NCBI GenBank assembly: GCA_964510585.1
Contig: CAZECW010000118.1
Location: 1 to 32,000, forward strand
Direction of reading: 5' to 3'
Origin: an uncultured archaeon
GTDB taxonomy: Archaea > Asgardarchaeota > Jordiarchaeia > Jordiarchaeales > Jordiarchaeaceae
Length of the DNA: 32,000 bases
A program made the translations under genes and the position numbers. Under the pieces are notes generated by a model. The model saw only the letters and a list, made by a program, of their open reading frames with translations, was not told the DNA's origin and did no database searches. Of the stretch, positions 19,795-29,332 are shown piece after piece (the first letter of the stretch is position 1; every line of letters begins with the position of its first letter).

Positions 19795-20129
19795 CCTATA
19801 AAAGATACTAACAAATTCTGCACCACATTTTCTAATAAAAAAAATTATTTTTTCCTAAAAATCATAGAAAAAACTTAACTTCTAGTTATTAAACCTAAAT
19901 TATAAGAGGTATTTTGTTTAAAAAATTTTTCCTCCAACATTCTGTAGGGAGTATAAGAGGCAAACAAATTTTTAAGCTTTTTTTCTTTTTTTGGGGAAAA
20001 GCACCATTTTTGAGAATAAAAAAGTTAAAAGAATAGAGGTTTTTACAACCAAAATGTTTTTTGCAGAATAATTTTTCCTTTTTCTTTTGCAATGCCTTTT
20101 CGGCCTTTTCCCTTTTTTTTATGCAAATA

Positions 20130-20495
20130 TTAAGGATTTTTTGGTTTTGTTTTGTCAAGAAATTTTTCAAGTTTTTCCTTAATTTTAGAATCGGGAGCAA
20201 GAATTGCTTTTTGTTTTGAGTTGTTAATTTCAATTGTGAGCATTCCAGAACCCATGATTCTTCTATTTATATGAGATGATTTGGTTTGTATAGCTTGCAT
20301 AGCAATCTCTGCAATTTGGTTAAACAATTTAACATCTATATCTCTTTCAAACGGTTCGCCACCATAGTAGAAGCCACTAGAACTCCTCTCAGGTGTCATA
20401 GGCTCATATTTGACTACTGCTTTTCCCTCTTCTGATTCCAAAATGTACCTATTTCCAGAGCCATCGACATAATCAATTCTTTTTACTTGAGCCAT
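20130..20495 (-). CDS. Hypothetical protein
   Basis: Protein-like 121-aa ORF (YVDGSGNRY, SSSGFYYGGEP, RRIMGSGML). No function recognised. Confidence 0.7.
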   Translation of the reverse strand: MAQVKRIDYVDGSGNRYILESEEGKAVVKYEPMTPERSSSGFYYGGEPFERDIDVKLFNQIAEIAMQAIQTKSSHINRRIMGSGMLTIEINNSKQKAILAPDSKIKEKLEKFLDKTKPKNP

Positions 20496-20836
20496 ACATA
20501 AATTCAATAATTGTCCCAAACTAAAAGATTTCGCATTGGATTATCCAAACAACCAGTACAACTGGATGAATTCCAAAACAAGTAACAAAATTTGAAAAAT
20601 TTAAGCCTCCAGGGTTCGCTGGGACGAAGAAACAGTCACGTTAACATTGCCAGCTCAGAACTCACAGAAAGTCGGCTAAAAGCAAAGAGCTACAAGTAGT
20701 TGTGCTTCAACTTTTTATTGCCGAACACTTAAATTAGGGGGGATAAACTGAGTTTGTGAAACTAATGGTTTAGAGAAGGTTTCCAAACAAGGGAAAAAAT
20801 TGGGGGAGTGGTAAAGAGAATTTAGTAATTGCTCGT

Positions 20837-21253
20837 TTAGCCAGTCATAGCAATTACTTGTAGTGCTCCACAGTTGCTGCACTTTCCTACAACAACTCCT
20901 TCACTGAAAACGTTGGCGTCTTCTACTCTCTCCATTCTGTCGCAGCTTGCAATGTAGAATGTGGGATTGTCGCACTTACACCTGCGTTGCTCAAAATAAT
21001 TAGGCTTGCCGCCGTCCTCCAGTACCGATAGATACTCCTTTTTCCGCCCGCACACTGAACACTGCAACCAAATAATTCCATGAAAGGCAACTGGGGAGTC
21101 CCCATTCCAGTGCTCTACAGTCACATTAAAAGGAACCAAACCGCAGTCAACGCACTCCGCCTCAACGTACACGTGGGCGTTCTCGGGATAATCCTCGGCA
21201 CAAATTTTTTCATACGCAAAAACCTTAAGATCCAGTAATTTTGGTTTCTCCAT
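20837..21253 (-). CDS. Double zinc-ribbon protein, function unknown
   Basis: Four Cys pairs CVDC, CSVC, CKC, CSNC arranged as two similar halves; GGAGTGA RBS. Confidence 0.75.
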   Translation of the reverse strand: MEKPKLLDLKVFAYEKICAEDYPENAHVYVEAECVDCGLVPFNVTVEHWNGDSPVAFHGIIWLQCSVCGRKKEYLSVLEDGGKPNYFEQRRCKCDNPTFYIASCDRMERVEDANVFSEGVVVGKCSNCGALQVIAMTG

Positions 21254-21573
21254 AGTAAAATCACTCCTGCGTCAACACTATTCTACTGCAACAAGGGTCA
21301 CTATGCTTGAATCAATCATGTATAAAGCTATAGATACCTCTTCTATTTTTGAATTTTGCCCAAAACTTTTATATCTCCAAAAATGGAGCTTGAGAAGGTT
21401 TCAGCTTGAATCTGTTGGTCTATGCTGCAAGAATAGTCGTACTGTTTTATTCCCTTTTTCTGGTGCGGCGGAATCGAGAATTCATCATTATGCCTTTTAA
21501 GTATTAGAAAGATATAAGTTGGTTTCCTACAAAGACTTATTAAACCAGTAAATAGTTTTGGAGTGGCAATTTC

Positions 21574-22749
21574 ATGCGTATTGTTGTTCTGGGTGGAGCT
21601 GGAATAATAGGTTCCGCTGTAGTAGAGGATTTGGTTAAGAGCGGTGTTGAAGAGATTGTTGTTGCGGATTTAAATCTGAGCGCCGCCCAAAAAGTGGTTG
21701 AAAAATATAAGAAATCGAGCGTTGAGATTACCGCACAATTTGTGGATGCCAATGAACCTAAGCTTTTAACTGAAGTCATTTCGGGCGCAGATGCAGTTTC
21801 CAGTAACATTGGCCCCTTCTATGAGTACTGCGAAAAGGTTGTTAATGCCGCCATAGAAGCCAGAGTCAACCTCGTAGATATTTGCGATGATTTTGACGCC
21901 GCAGAAGAAGCCTTCAAACACGACGCACAAGCCAAAAAGGCCGGGATAACCGCGTGTATAGGCTGTGGTACAAGCCCCGGACTCAGCAACATGACTGCCA
22001 AGTACGCCTCAACCAAAATGGACGAAGTGGAGGATATAAAAATAGCTTGGGCTGTTAGCGTCCGTGACACTGGGGGACCCGCAGCAAATTATCACATCCT
22101 CCACTCCCTAAGTGGGAAGATTCCCACGTTCCGCAATGGAAAACTAAAGTACATTGAGGCTGGCACTGAAAAAGAAGTTGTGAAGTTCATAGACCCCATC
22201 GGAGAAGTGGAGGTTTACAGCATAGGGCACCCGGAACCCCTCACACTACCCCGCTACATCAAAGGTGTAAGGAATGTGAGCGTCAAGGGGGCAACTCTTC
22301 CCTCTTGGCTCGATGAGGTTTTCAGAAAACTGAGCAAATCCGGATTTGCAAGCAAGCAACCAGTAAACGTTAAGGGAGTATCCATAGTTCCACTGGATTT
22401 TGCTGTTTCGCTAACATTCTCACAACACGCCTACCCCCAAGAAATTAAGGAAATGATCGAAAAAGCGGCTCCCACCGCATCCGCCGCAAAGCTCATTATC
22501 GCAGGAAAAAGAGAAGGAGAATCGGTAAAATACACCTATGATGGGCTGGCCAATTTCGCCACAACAACTGCAGCTGCAGCCTCCGCTGCTGTACAAATGA
22601 TTGCCAACGGAAAAGCCACAAGCAAGGGAGTACTACCACCCGAAGGATGCTTGGAAGCCCGAGAGTTTCTCAAAGAGATGATAAAAAGAAAAATAGAGAT
22701 AATTGAAACCGAAGAAGTAACCAGAAGCCTAACAGAGGAAATAATTTAG
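21574..22749 (+). CDS. Saccharopine dehydrogenase-like NAD(P)-dependent oxidoreductase
   Basis: Rossmann VLGGAGIIG, NIGPFYEY, VDICDD, GCGTSPGLSN, GHPEPLTLP, GVLPPE. Confidence 0.9.
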   Translation: MRIVVLGGAGIIGSAVVEDLVKSGVEEIVVADLNLSAAQKVVEKYKKSSVEITAQFVDANEPKLLTEVISGADAVSSNIGPFYEYCEKVVNAAIEARVNLVDICDDFDAAEEAFKHDAQAKKAGITACIGCGTSPGLSNMTAKYASTKMDEVEDIKIAWAVSVRDTGGPAANYHILHSLSGKIPTFRNGKLKYIEAGTEKEVVKFIDPIGEVEVYSIGHPEPLTLPRYIKGVRNVSVKGATLPSWLDEVFRKLSKSGFASKQPVNVKGVSIVPLDFAVSLTFSQHAYPQEIKEMIEKAAPTASAAKLIIAGKREGESVKYTYDGLANFATTTAAAASAAVQMIANGKATSKGVLPPEGCLEAREFLKEMIKRKIEIIETEEVTRSLTEEII

Positions 22750-22958
22750 GAAACTAGCTGATTCACTTAGAGACACAAGCTCACTTCTTTAACTTGACTA
22801 AAGAATACCCACAAAAAGGTCTAATTTTCACTTCATATATCTTCTAAAAGTTTTTCCGATAAAAAGCATATTCACCAGAAAATATTAATTTGCTAAATAA
22901 GAAGAGCAATGAACTGGTAGAAATAAAAGAGGGAGGATGTGGAGGTTTTATGATCCAT

Positions 22959-23789
22959 TTAACTGATTCCAAGGAGTCGCTTCGGGTTTTCTTCGAATAG
23001 TTTTGTGAGTATACCTTCTTTAAAGGGGAGCTGCTTTAATTCTTCCACTATTCTTTTTCTGGGCAGAAGGGGGTAGTCTGAACCGAAAAGCGCCTTGTTT
23101 CTCAGAGGACCATTAATGTAGCTTATTACTGGTTCTGGTATGTGTCTGGGAGCCCACCCCGCCAAATTAATGTAGACGTTGGGATTCCTCTGACACACAG
23201 CTATGGCTTCGTAAAACCATGGAAAACCGAAGTGAGCGATGACAATTTTGAGGTTTGGGAAGTCCACCGCTACATCGTCAATGTATAGGGGTTGACAGTA
23301 CTTTATGCGTGTTCCAGAGTGGAACTGAGTTCCAGTGTGGAAAAGAACCGGTATCCCTAGCTCCTGGGCTTTTTCATAGACAGGATACATCACTTTGTCG
23401 TTGGGATAAAGTTCAAGAAGGTGAGGTAAAAGTTTGAGTCCTTTTAACCCCAATTCTTTAACAGCTCTCTCAAGCTCTCTTACTGCTAGAACACCTTTAT
23501 GGGGGTCCACCCCCGCGAATCCTATTAGTCTATCTGGGTACTGGCTTACCGCCTTTGCAACCAGCTCGTTTGAAACCTTGTATCCCCACACGGTTTCAGC
23601 ATCTATTGCCACTATGACTGCTTTGTCAACTCCTGCCTCATCCATATCCTTTATTTCGTCTTCAAGCTTGGGCCCCGCAAAACCGGTTCCGAAAACAGCC
23701 AAGTAGCCCGCCTTCATATGTTCAGGCATAGCCTTGAAAGCTTCCTCATTCCAGAGCTGACTATGGGTGTCAATAATCAATAAAACCAC
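22959..23789 (-). CDS. Amidohydrolase_2-family metal-dependent hydrolase
   Basis: DTHSQ (variant HxH), GLKGLKL, LFHTG, IAHFGFPW, LFGSDYP. Confidence 0.92.
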   Translation of the reverse strand: MVLLIIDTHSQLWNEEAFKAMPEHMKAGYLAVFGTGFAGPKLEDEIKDMDEAGVDKAVIVAIDAETVWGYKVSNELVAKAVSQYPDRLIGFAGVDPHKGVLAVRELERAVKELGLKGLKLLPHLLELYPNDKVMYPVYEKAQELGIPVLFHTGTQFHSGTRIKYCQPLYIDDVAVDFPNLKIVIAHFGFPWFYEAIAVCQRNPNVYINLAGWAPRHIPEPVISYINGPLRNKALFGSDYPLLPRKRIVEELKQLPFKEGILTKLFEENPKRLLGIS

Positions 23790-23938
23790 CTCAAATATAC
23801 AGCTAAAGTTTTTATTACAGAAGTTTCTTCTGGTTTTAATCCCTTTCGTCAGAAAAACTGTTTAAAACTAAAAATTCAAAAATAAGAATATTCTAGTTAT
23901 GTTTAGCTCTTCTTCGATTTTATGAGGATGTGGAGATA

Positions 23939-24787
23939 TTGTGCAAATTCTGTAAGATGCATGCTCAAGGTTATGGTAAATGGTATCTTAATCCTAAAGG
24001 GTTCTCTGAAGAATTTTTCTATAAGCTCTCGTCATTAGACCGAATTCTGGGTAGGGAGCCTAGGAAAGTTAGAGATGCAAAAACTGTCTCCGAATCAGCT
24101 TGGTACCCGATCCGAATTTCAAAAATGATGGATGAGGTTAACTGGGCAAGCCTCCCATTTGTAGGTCGCCTAGTTAGAATCTACGGGAACTATGTTGCCA
24201 TCCGCGACCATGCGGCTCAAGTGGTTCCATTAGAGGATGCCTTAAAAATAGTTGATTTGAGCCACGATCATGTTCTATATCCCTGTATGTGTAAGAGACT
24301 CTTCAAGGGGCAGGACGAATACAAGTGCCTAAACTACGCCCCAATCACCGAAATAAATAGGAAGGCAATCAGAGGTTGGAAGGAAAAAAGACTAAGCCCC
24401 GAGGAAGCGAAGGAAAAGCTACAAGAATTCGACGAAAAGGGTTACGTACATGCGGTATTCTGGTGGTGTGAGATGCCTCAATCCATCTGCATCTGCAATT
24501 GCGATACCAAATACTGCTATGCTGCAAGACCGAGAATATGGTATGGTATTGAGAACGCTTATCGCAAAGCAGAGTATGTATCCGAAGTTGACATCGACAA
24601 ATGTATCGGCTGCGGCGAATGTGTAAAGCGCTGCCAGTTCGGGGCAATCAGTCTAGGAAAAGACAACCGTGCATATGTAGACCCTAAACTATGCTTCGGA
24701 TGCGGGCTTTGCAGAATGGCCTGCGAACAAAACGCCATTAACCTTTTAGACAGGAATACTCATCCTCTTGCGAGAGAAATCTGGTAG
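23939..24787 (+). CDS. Multi-Cys iron-sulfur protein with C-terminal 2x[4Fe-4S] ferredoxin domain
   Basis: CIGCGECVKRC and CFGCGLCRMAC; additional N-terminal CKFCKMH, PCMCK and ICNC. TTG 23939 preferred. Confidence 0.88.
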   Translation: MCKFCKMHAQGYGKWYLNPKGFSEEFFYKLSSLDRILGREPRKVRDAKTVSESAWYPIRISKMMDEVNWASLPFVGRLVRIYGNYVAIRDHAAQVVPLEDALKIVDLSHDHVLYPCMCKRLFKGQDEYKCLNYAPITEINRKAIRGWKEKRLSPEEAKEKLQEFDEKGYVHAVFWWCEMPQSICICNCDTKYCYAARPRIWYGIENAYRKAEYVSEVDIDKCIGCGECVKRCQFGAISLGKDNRAYVDPKLCFGCGLCRMACEQNAINLLDRNTHPLAREIW

Positions 24788-24798
24788 AGGTTCTAATA

Positions 24799-25062
24799 AT
24801 GGTCAAATTCGAATACAACTCCCAAAAATGTATTCTACCTCACGATCCTTCGGAGAATCGTCCAACAAAATGCTTAAAATGCTTAAGTATCTGCCCACAC
24901 TCCCTGCTAATGTTCAAGCCAACAAAAGAAAAAAGTGAGGATGGAGCACCCAAAAGGTACGAAATCTATTTAACCTTCAAAGCCTACGCGGACAAGTATT
25001 GCCCACAATGCCTAAAATGCGTCGAAAAATGCCCCAACCAGGCAATAAAAATATCAATCTAG
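24799..25062 (+). CDS. Small ferredoxin-like 2x[4Fe-4S] protein
   Basis: C-x13-CLKCLSIC and CPQCLKCVEKCP; 11 nt after the previous gene. Confidence 0.82.
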   Translation: MVKFEYNSQKCILPHDPSENRPTKCLKCLSICPHSLLMFKPTKEKSEDGAPKRYEIYLTFKAYADKYCPQCLKCVEKCPNQAIKISI

Positions 25063-25196
25063 ACCCCAAACCATGTTCAACACACAAAGGATTCACTTAG
25101 CAAGCCGGTTTTTAGGAAACCAAAAAAGTTAAGTATTACACAAAACCTTTATGCTAATTAATTTATTTTTCAGCACTCCTAGGTCAGTGATACCAA

Positions 25197-26465
25197 TTGT
25201 TGAAACGTAGCCTACCACTAAGAATCGTCTTTATTATTCTGTTCATCGCTGTGTTTACCTCGATGCTCGGGATCGGGATAGTCGCACCCATACTGCCGCT
25301 ATACGCTGAACAAAACCTAGCGGCTTCGGGAATCTGGATTGGCTTAATATTCTCGGGATTCGGCCTCTCTCGAACAATTGCAAGCCCCATAGTGGGGCGA
25401 GTGTCCGACGTAAGGGGCAGAAAAAATTTTCTAATAATCGGACTGCTGGGCTACGCCCTTACCGGTTTAGGTTACGTTATAGCCAATAACGTGGTTCTCC
25501 TCACCACGATACGCTTCGCCAACGGCTTCACCTCCGCCATGGTTCTACCCGTTTCCCAAGCCTACATAGGTGACCTAACGCCGAAGGGGAAAGAGGGAAC
25601 CTACATGAACACATTCATGACCTCACTCATGGTCGGATTTGGAGTAGGTCCCTTCATAGGTGGCTGGATGTTTGACAATTACAGTGCAGCCGCAGCCTTT
25701 TACACCATGGCCGCCCTAAGCGCAATTGCCCTAGTTCTGGTCATAGTTTTCCTCCCCAATCTTGAGGATATAAAAAGAAATCCCGGCCCAGTATTACAGA
25801 AAATCAAAACTGTTACCACGACAAACTTTAAACCCTCAGTGAGAAATGCGTGGAAGGACCCCCATGTAAAGGGGATAATGACTTACAGAACAAGTGTTGG
25901 TCTTTCAAGAAACGCTTTGGTATCCTTCCTACCAATTTTTCTAACGTCAAAATTTGCAGCCTCAGCCACCCAAGTCGGAATAGTTCTCGCCATATTTCTC
26001 TTGGTAAGCGCCTTACTCCAACCCCTCATGGGTCTGGCCTCGGACCGCTTTGACAGAACAAAACTAACCGTTATGGGTATGAGTGTTGGAGCAGCTCTAA
26101 TACTTATTATGCCGTTTGTTCCCAGTCTGGAGGGAATAATACCGCTGGTTGTTCTCGCTCCAATTTTCTCTGCTGCCGCCGAGGCTCCCGCCTTAGCCTT
26201 GGGAACAGAGGCGGGAAGAAAGCACGGTATGGCTACTGTCTTAAGCCTTTACGACACTGCTATGGGAATAGGAATGGTGGGAGGCCCCCTAATATCCGGC
26301 TTATTTGTGGACAACCTTGGAATCAGCAGCATGTTTTATCTCTGGGGAGTGGTGGGCTTCATAGCCGCAATAATTTGTCACCTACATTTAAGAGGAAAAA
26401 ACAACGAAACCCCCCAAGAAAAACCAGAAAACGTAAAAATCGTTGAAAAAGGAACAAGCGAATAA
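25197..26465 (+). CDS. MFS transporter (DHA1/TetA-like)
   Basis: GRVSDVRGRK motif A, RFANG, AYIGD, GVGPFIGG, GLASDRFDR. Confidence 0.93.
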   Translation: MLKRSLPLRIVFIILFIAVFTSMLGIGIVAPILPLYAEQNLAASGIWIGLIFSGFGLSRTIASPIVGRVSDVRGRKNFLIIGLLGYALTGLGYVIANNVVLLTTIRFANGFTSAMVLPVSQAYIGDLTPKGKEGTYMNTFMTSLMVGFGVGPFIGGWMFDNYSAAAAFYTMAALSAIALVLVIVFLPNLEDIKRNPGPVLQKIKTVTTTNFKPSVRNAWKDPHVKGIMTYRTSVGLSRNALVSFLPIFLTSKFAASATQVGIVLAIFLLVSALLQPLMGLASDRFDRTKLTVMGMSVGAALILIMPFVPSLEGIIPLVVLAPIFSAAAEAPALALGTEAGRKHGMATVLSLYDTAMGIGMVGGPLISGLFVDNLGISSMFYLWGVVGFIAAIICHLHLRGKNNETPQEKPENVKIVEKGTSE

Positions 26466-26519
26466 GTAGACTCGCAATTTAAAAAAAGGTGGGAAGGGGT
26501 GGAAGGCCTTTTATCTTGT

Positions 26520-26729
26520 TTACTCTGGACGCTCTACTTCGAAGATTACTTTTATTCTGGCTCTGTAGGCTGCTACTTTGTCGTTTTCAATTTTGCAGTC
26601 GAATTCTTCAACTGAGACTCTGGTTATGTTTCGCAGAGTTTTTGCGGCTTCGGCTACTGCGCTTTTGACGGCGTCCTCCCAAGACTTCTCAGATATGCCC
26701 ACAAGTTCAATCATTTTCCATACAGGCAT
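26520..26729 (-). CDS. Dodecin-family protein
   Basis: KMIELVGISEKSWEDAVKSAVAEAAKTLRN...YRARIKVIF; GAGGTGTGA RBS; T7 tract on the minus strand at 26487-26481 as probable terminator. Confidence 0.9.
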   Translation of the reverse strand: MPVWKMIELVGISEKSWEDAVKSAVAEAAKTLRNITRVSVEEFDCKIENDKVAAYRARIKVIFEVERPE

Positions 26730-27362
26730 GATTCACACCTCATCCTTACAAAATATATTATTTATATTTTATAAATATATATGAATATTATTAAGTCTAA
26801 AAAGTCCTATATTAAGCTTTCCAAAAAAGGAAACAAAACCCAAGAAAATCAAGCCTCAAACAAGCCATCAAAGTCCAACTTACTTCTGCCCCTCCTAAAT
26901 TTTTCAACATAGAGTGGGCTTAATTTTCGGGGGGATTCTGATTTGGGTGTCTGGAAAACTCAAACCGAAAAGTAGTGATTGGAGAAGCGACACAATACAG
27001 GTTCCCCGCTTATATATGTGGGAGATAAAAGGTAAGCTTATATCGGGATAGCGAGTTGCACCGAAAGTTTTACAAGAATAGCCTTTAAGGCTACTATTAG
27101 AAATTTTGGGTTCCAGATATTTGGATTTGCAGCTGAGGATTACTGTGTGAGCCTTAATCTGGGAAGCTTTTTGTGTCCTCATAAAGATCAATAACGCGAC
27201 TTATGTTGGGCAGGATTGATTATAATTAATTAGTTTAGAGTTTTGTCGAAGGACTTTTTAGATGGGTTTATTTTCCTGTTATCCTAAGGTCTAAAGCTTT
27301 GAGATAAAAATATTATTGTTTAGCTTGTTTAGTATTATGTTGGCGTTTTTGAGGTGAGGCAA

Positions 27363-28664
27363 TTGAGTATTATGGATGTGGTTTTGAAGGAAATTGATTC
27401 GAGAAGAGATGATATAGTTAAACTGGTTCAGGAGCTGATCCGTTATAAGACTGTGAATCCTCCCGGAGATACTGTTGAAATTGCTGGTTTCATGAAGGAT
27501 TATCTTTCTGATAGTGGCTTGAGTGTTAATCTCTATGAATCGCAAAAAGGAAAGGTGAGTGTGGTGGGAATACTGAGGGGGCGGGGTAAGCGTAGATTCA
27601 TTTGGGATGGTCATGTGGATGTTGTGCCGGTATCTAATCCTGAGGCTTGGATTGCTGATCCTTGGGAGGGTAAAGTGGTTGATTCGCGTATTATTGGCAG
27701 AGGGGCTGCAGATATGAAAGGCAATGTTGGAGCTGCTATGGTGGCGGCTAAGGTTCTGGCCGAGAAGGATGTGGGTCTTATGGGGGATCTGGTTCTGGCT
27801 TTGGTTCCTGATGAGGAAACTGGTGGATATTTGGGTTCTGGTTTCCTTGTGGATAAAGATGTTTTAAAGGGTGACGCCTGCATTGTGGGCGAATTCTCCC
27901 CCTTTAATACACTGTGCGTAGGTGAAAAGGGTATATTATGGCTGAGCGTGAAGGCTAGAGGAATACCTGCTCATGCCAGTGTGAAATTTCTAGGTGTTAA
28001 CGCTATAGATCTGCTGTGTCAGTTCTGCTTTGAGTTATACAAAATTGAGCAGGTGGATAGAACGCTTCCCGAAGATGTCAATAGGATAATAGATGCGATA
28101 CAGCCCACCTTGAAACAGCTGGAGGCCCTGGGATTTCCTAGGGAGTTGATTAACAAAATGTACAAAAGATTATCTGTAAATGTGGGTATGATTAGGGGAG
28201 GAGAAAAGGTAAATATCGTTCCAGCTAATGCGGAGGCGGAAGTGGATATAAGAATCCTACCTGGAATGGACTATGACCAGGTTAAAGAGGAAATTAACAA
28301 AATCCGAATAGACTTTAACAAAACTTTGGAGAAAACCTATCCAAATCTAAAGTCTGCGGGAATAGAGGGAATCACAGTGGAAGAAACACTTAGATTTGAA
28401 CCCTCCTACCAAAAACTCGACGCGCCTTTAGTTCCGCTGGTGAAAAATGTTATAAAAAAGGTAACCGGTAGAGACCCATTACTATTTGTGCATACTGGAG
28501 GTACAGACGCTCGATTCTTCCGCGCTAAGGGCATTCCAACAGTCTGCTATGGTGCAGGCTCAGAAACTCCACATGGAACTAATGAATATGTACCGATAGA
28601 GAATCTGATCGAAGCCACAAAAGTTTACGCACTCGCTGCTGTAGATATCCTAGGCACTACTTGA
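27363..28664 (+). CDS. M20-family deacylase (ArgE/DapE-like)
   Basis: DGHVDVVP, GRGAADMKG, DEETGG, GIPAHAS, GGTDARFF, HGTNEY. Start at 27363 (TTG) or 27372 (ATG) after GAGGTGAG. Confidence 0.93.
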   Translation: MSIMDVVLKEIDSRRDDIVKLVQELIRYKTVNPPGDTVEIAGFMKDYLSDSGLSVNLYESQKGKVSVVGILRGRGKRRFIWDGHVDVVPVSNPEAWIADPWEGKVVDSRIIGRGAADMKGNVGAAMVAAKVLAEKDVGLMGDLVLALVPDEETGGYLGSGFLVDKDVLKGDACIVGEFSPFNTLCVGEKGILWLSVKARGIPAHASVKFLGVNAIDLLCQFCFELYKIEQVDRTLPEDVNRIIDAIQPTLKQLEALGFPRELINKMYKRLSVNVGMIRGGEKVNIVPANAEAEVDIRILPGMDYDQVKEEINKIRIDFNKTLEKTYPNLKSAGIEGITVEETLRFEPSYQKLDAPLVPLVKNVIKKVTGRDPLLFVHTGGTDARFFRAKGIPTVCYGAGSETPHGTNEYVPIENLIEATKVYALAAVDILGTT

Positions 28665-28905
28665 CCTTGAATAAAGTTCTTAGAATTTTCATTGCTTCAT
28701 CAATATTCAAATTTTCCAATTTTTTCGCTTCTTCGTAGTGGTCTCCGCAGAACCATCCCGCATAGGGCGGATGGCCAGTCATTCCCCCTTTTCTCATTTT
28801 TTCATCCCACTTATAATCGTCTGGTCGCTTTTTGAAATAGACCAACCCTCCCTCTTCACGGTCTCGAAAATCTTTATAACATATGTAGCATATTGGAGGT
28901 TTCAT
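28657..28905 (-). CDS. Small putative zinc-binding protein, function unknown
   Basis: MKPPICYIC ... GHPPYAGWFCGDH gives CxxC + CxxH; convergent 8-bp overlap with the M20 gene. Confidence 0.75.
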   Translation of the reverse strand: MKPPICYICYKDFRDREEGGLVYFKKRPDDYKWDEKMRKGGMTGHPPYAGWFCGDHYEEAKKLENLNIDEAMKILRTLFKVK

Positions 28906-29332
28906 AAAAACACCCTTTAAGTGAAATTGTTAAGCTTGTGAGGAGCTTAAATGTATAATAAGTGTGTTAAACTACATAAAAACATTATTGAAGGAAAAGT
29001 TTCTGTAAAAAAATTACTTACTTTATCTGTTGCTGTGTAGATTTTCTCTTTAATTTTTTTTAAACTGTTTCAAAAATGGGGCTATATTACCTCCTTTTCG
29101 CTAATGGAGGAGAGAAAGGGAGATTTTCACGGGAGGCGAAAAGGAAAAAATCAACGAGAAAGTGTGTAGAATAACTGATGATGGTCATCTTTGTATTAGA
29201 GGAGGACTTTATATTTGGGGATAACTACTTATCTGTGGGCATCCTCGTAATTAAGCATTTAAGATGTGAGTGTGGTGGTTGTTTCTTCAAGTTCAGTCGA
29301 TGTATTTTTCTATAGTAGGGTGGTGAGTTTGT

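Noticed and set aside
22933-23935. 12-bp direct repeat GAGGATGTGGAG at 22933-22944 and 23924-23935 flanking the inverted amidohydrolase, resembling a target-site duplication
   Set aside because: Roughly 30 chance 12-mer matches are expected in 32 kb, the sequence is SD-like, and there is no transposase or terminal repeat.
29178-29315. 45-aa ORF (MMVIF...RCECGGCFF...) ending 17 nt before nurA
   Set aside because: No convincing RBS or family motif; Cys content is explained by TG-rich sequence.
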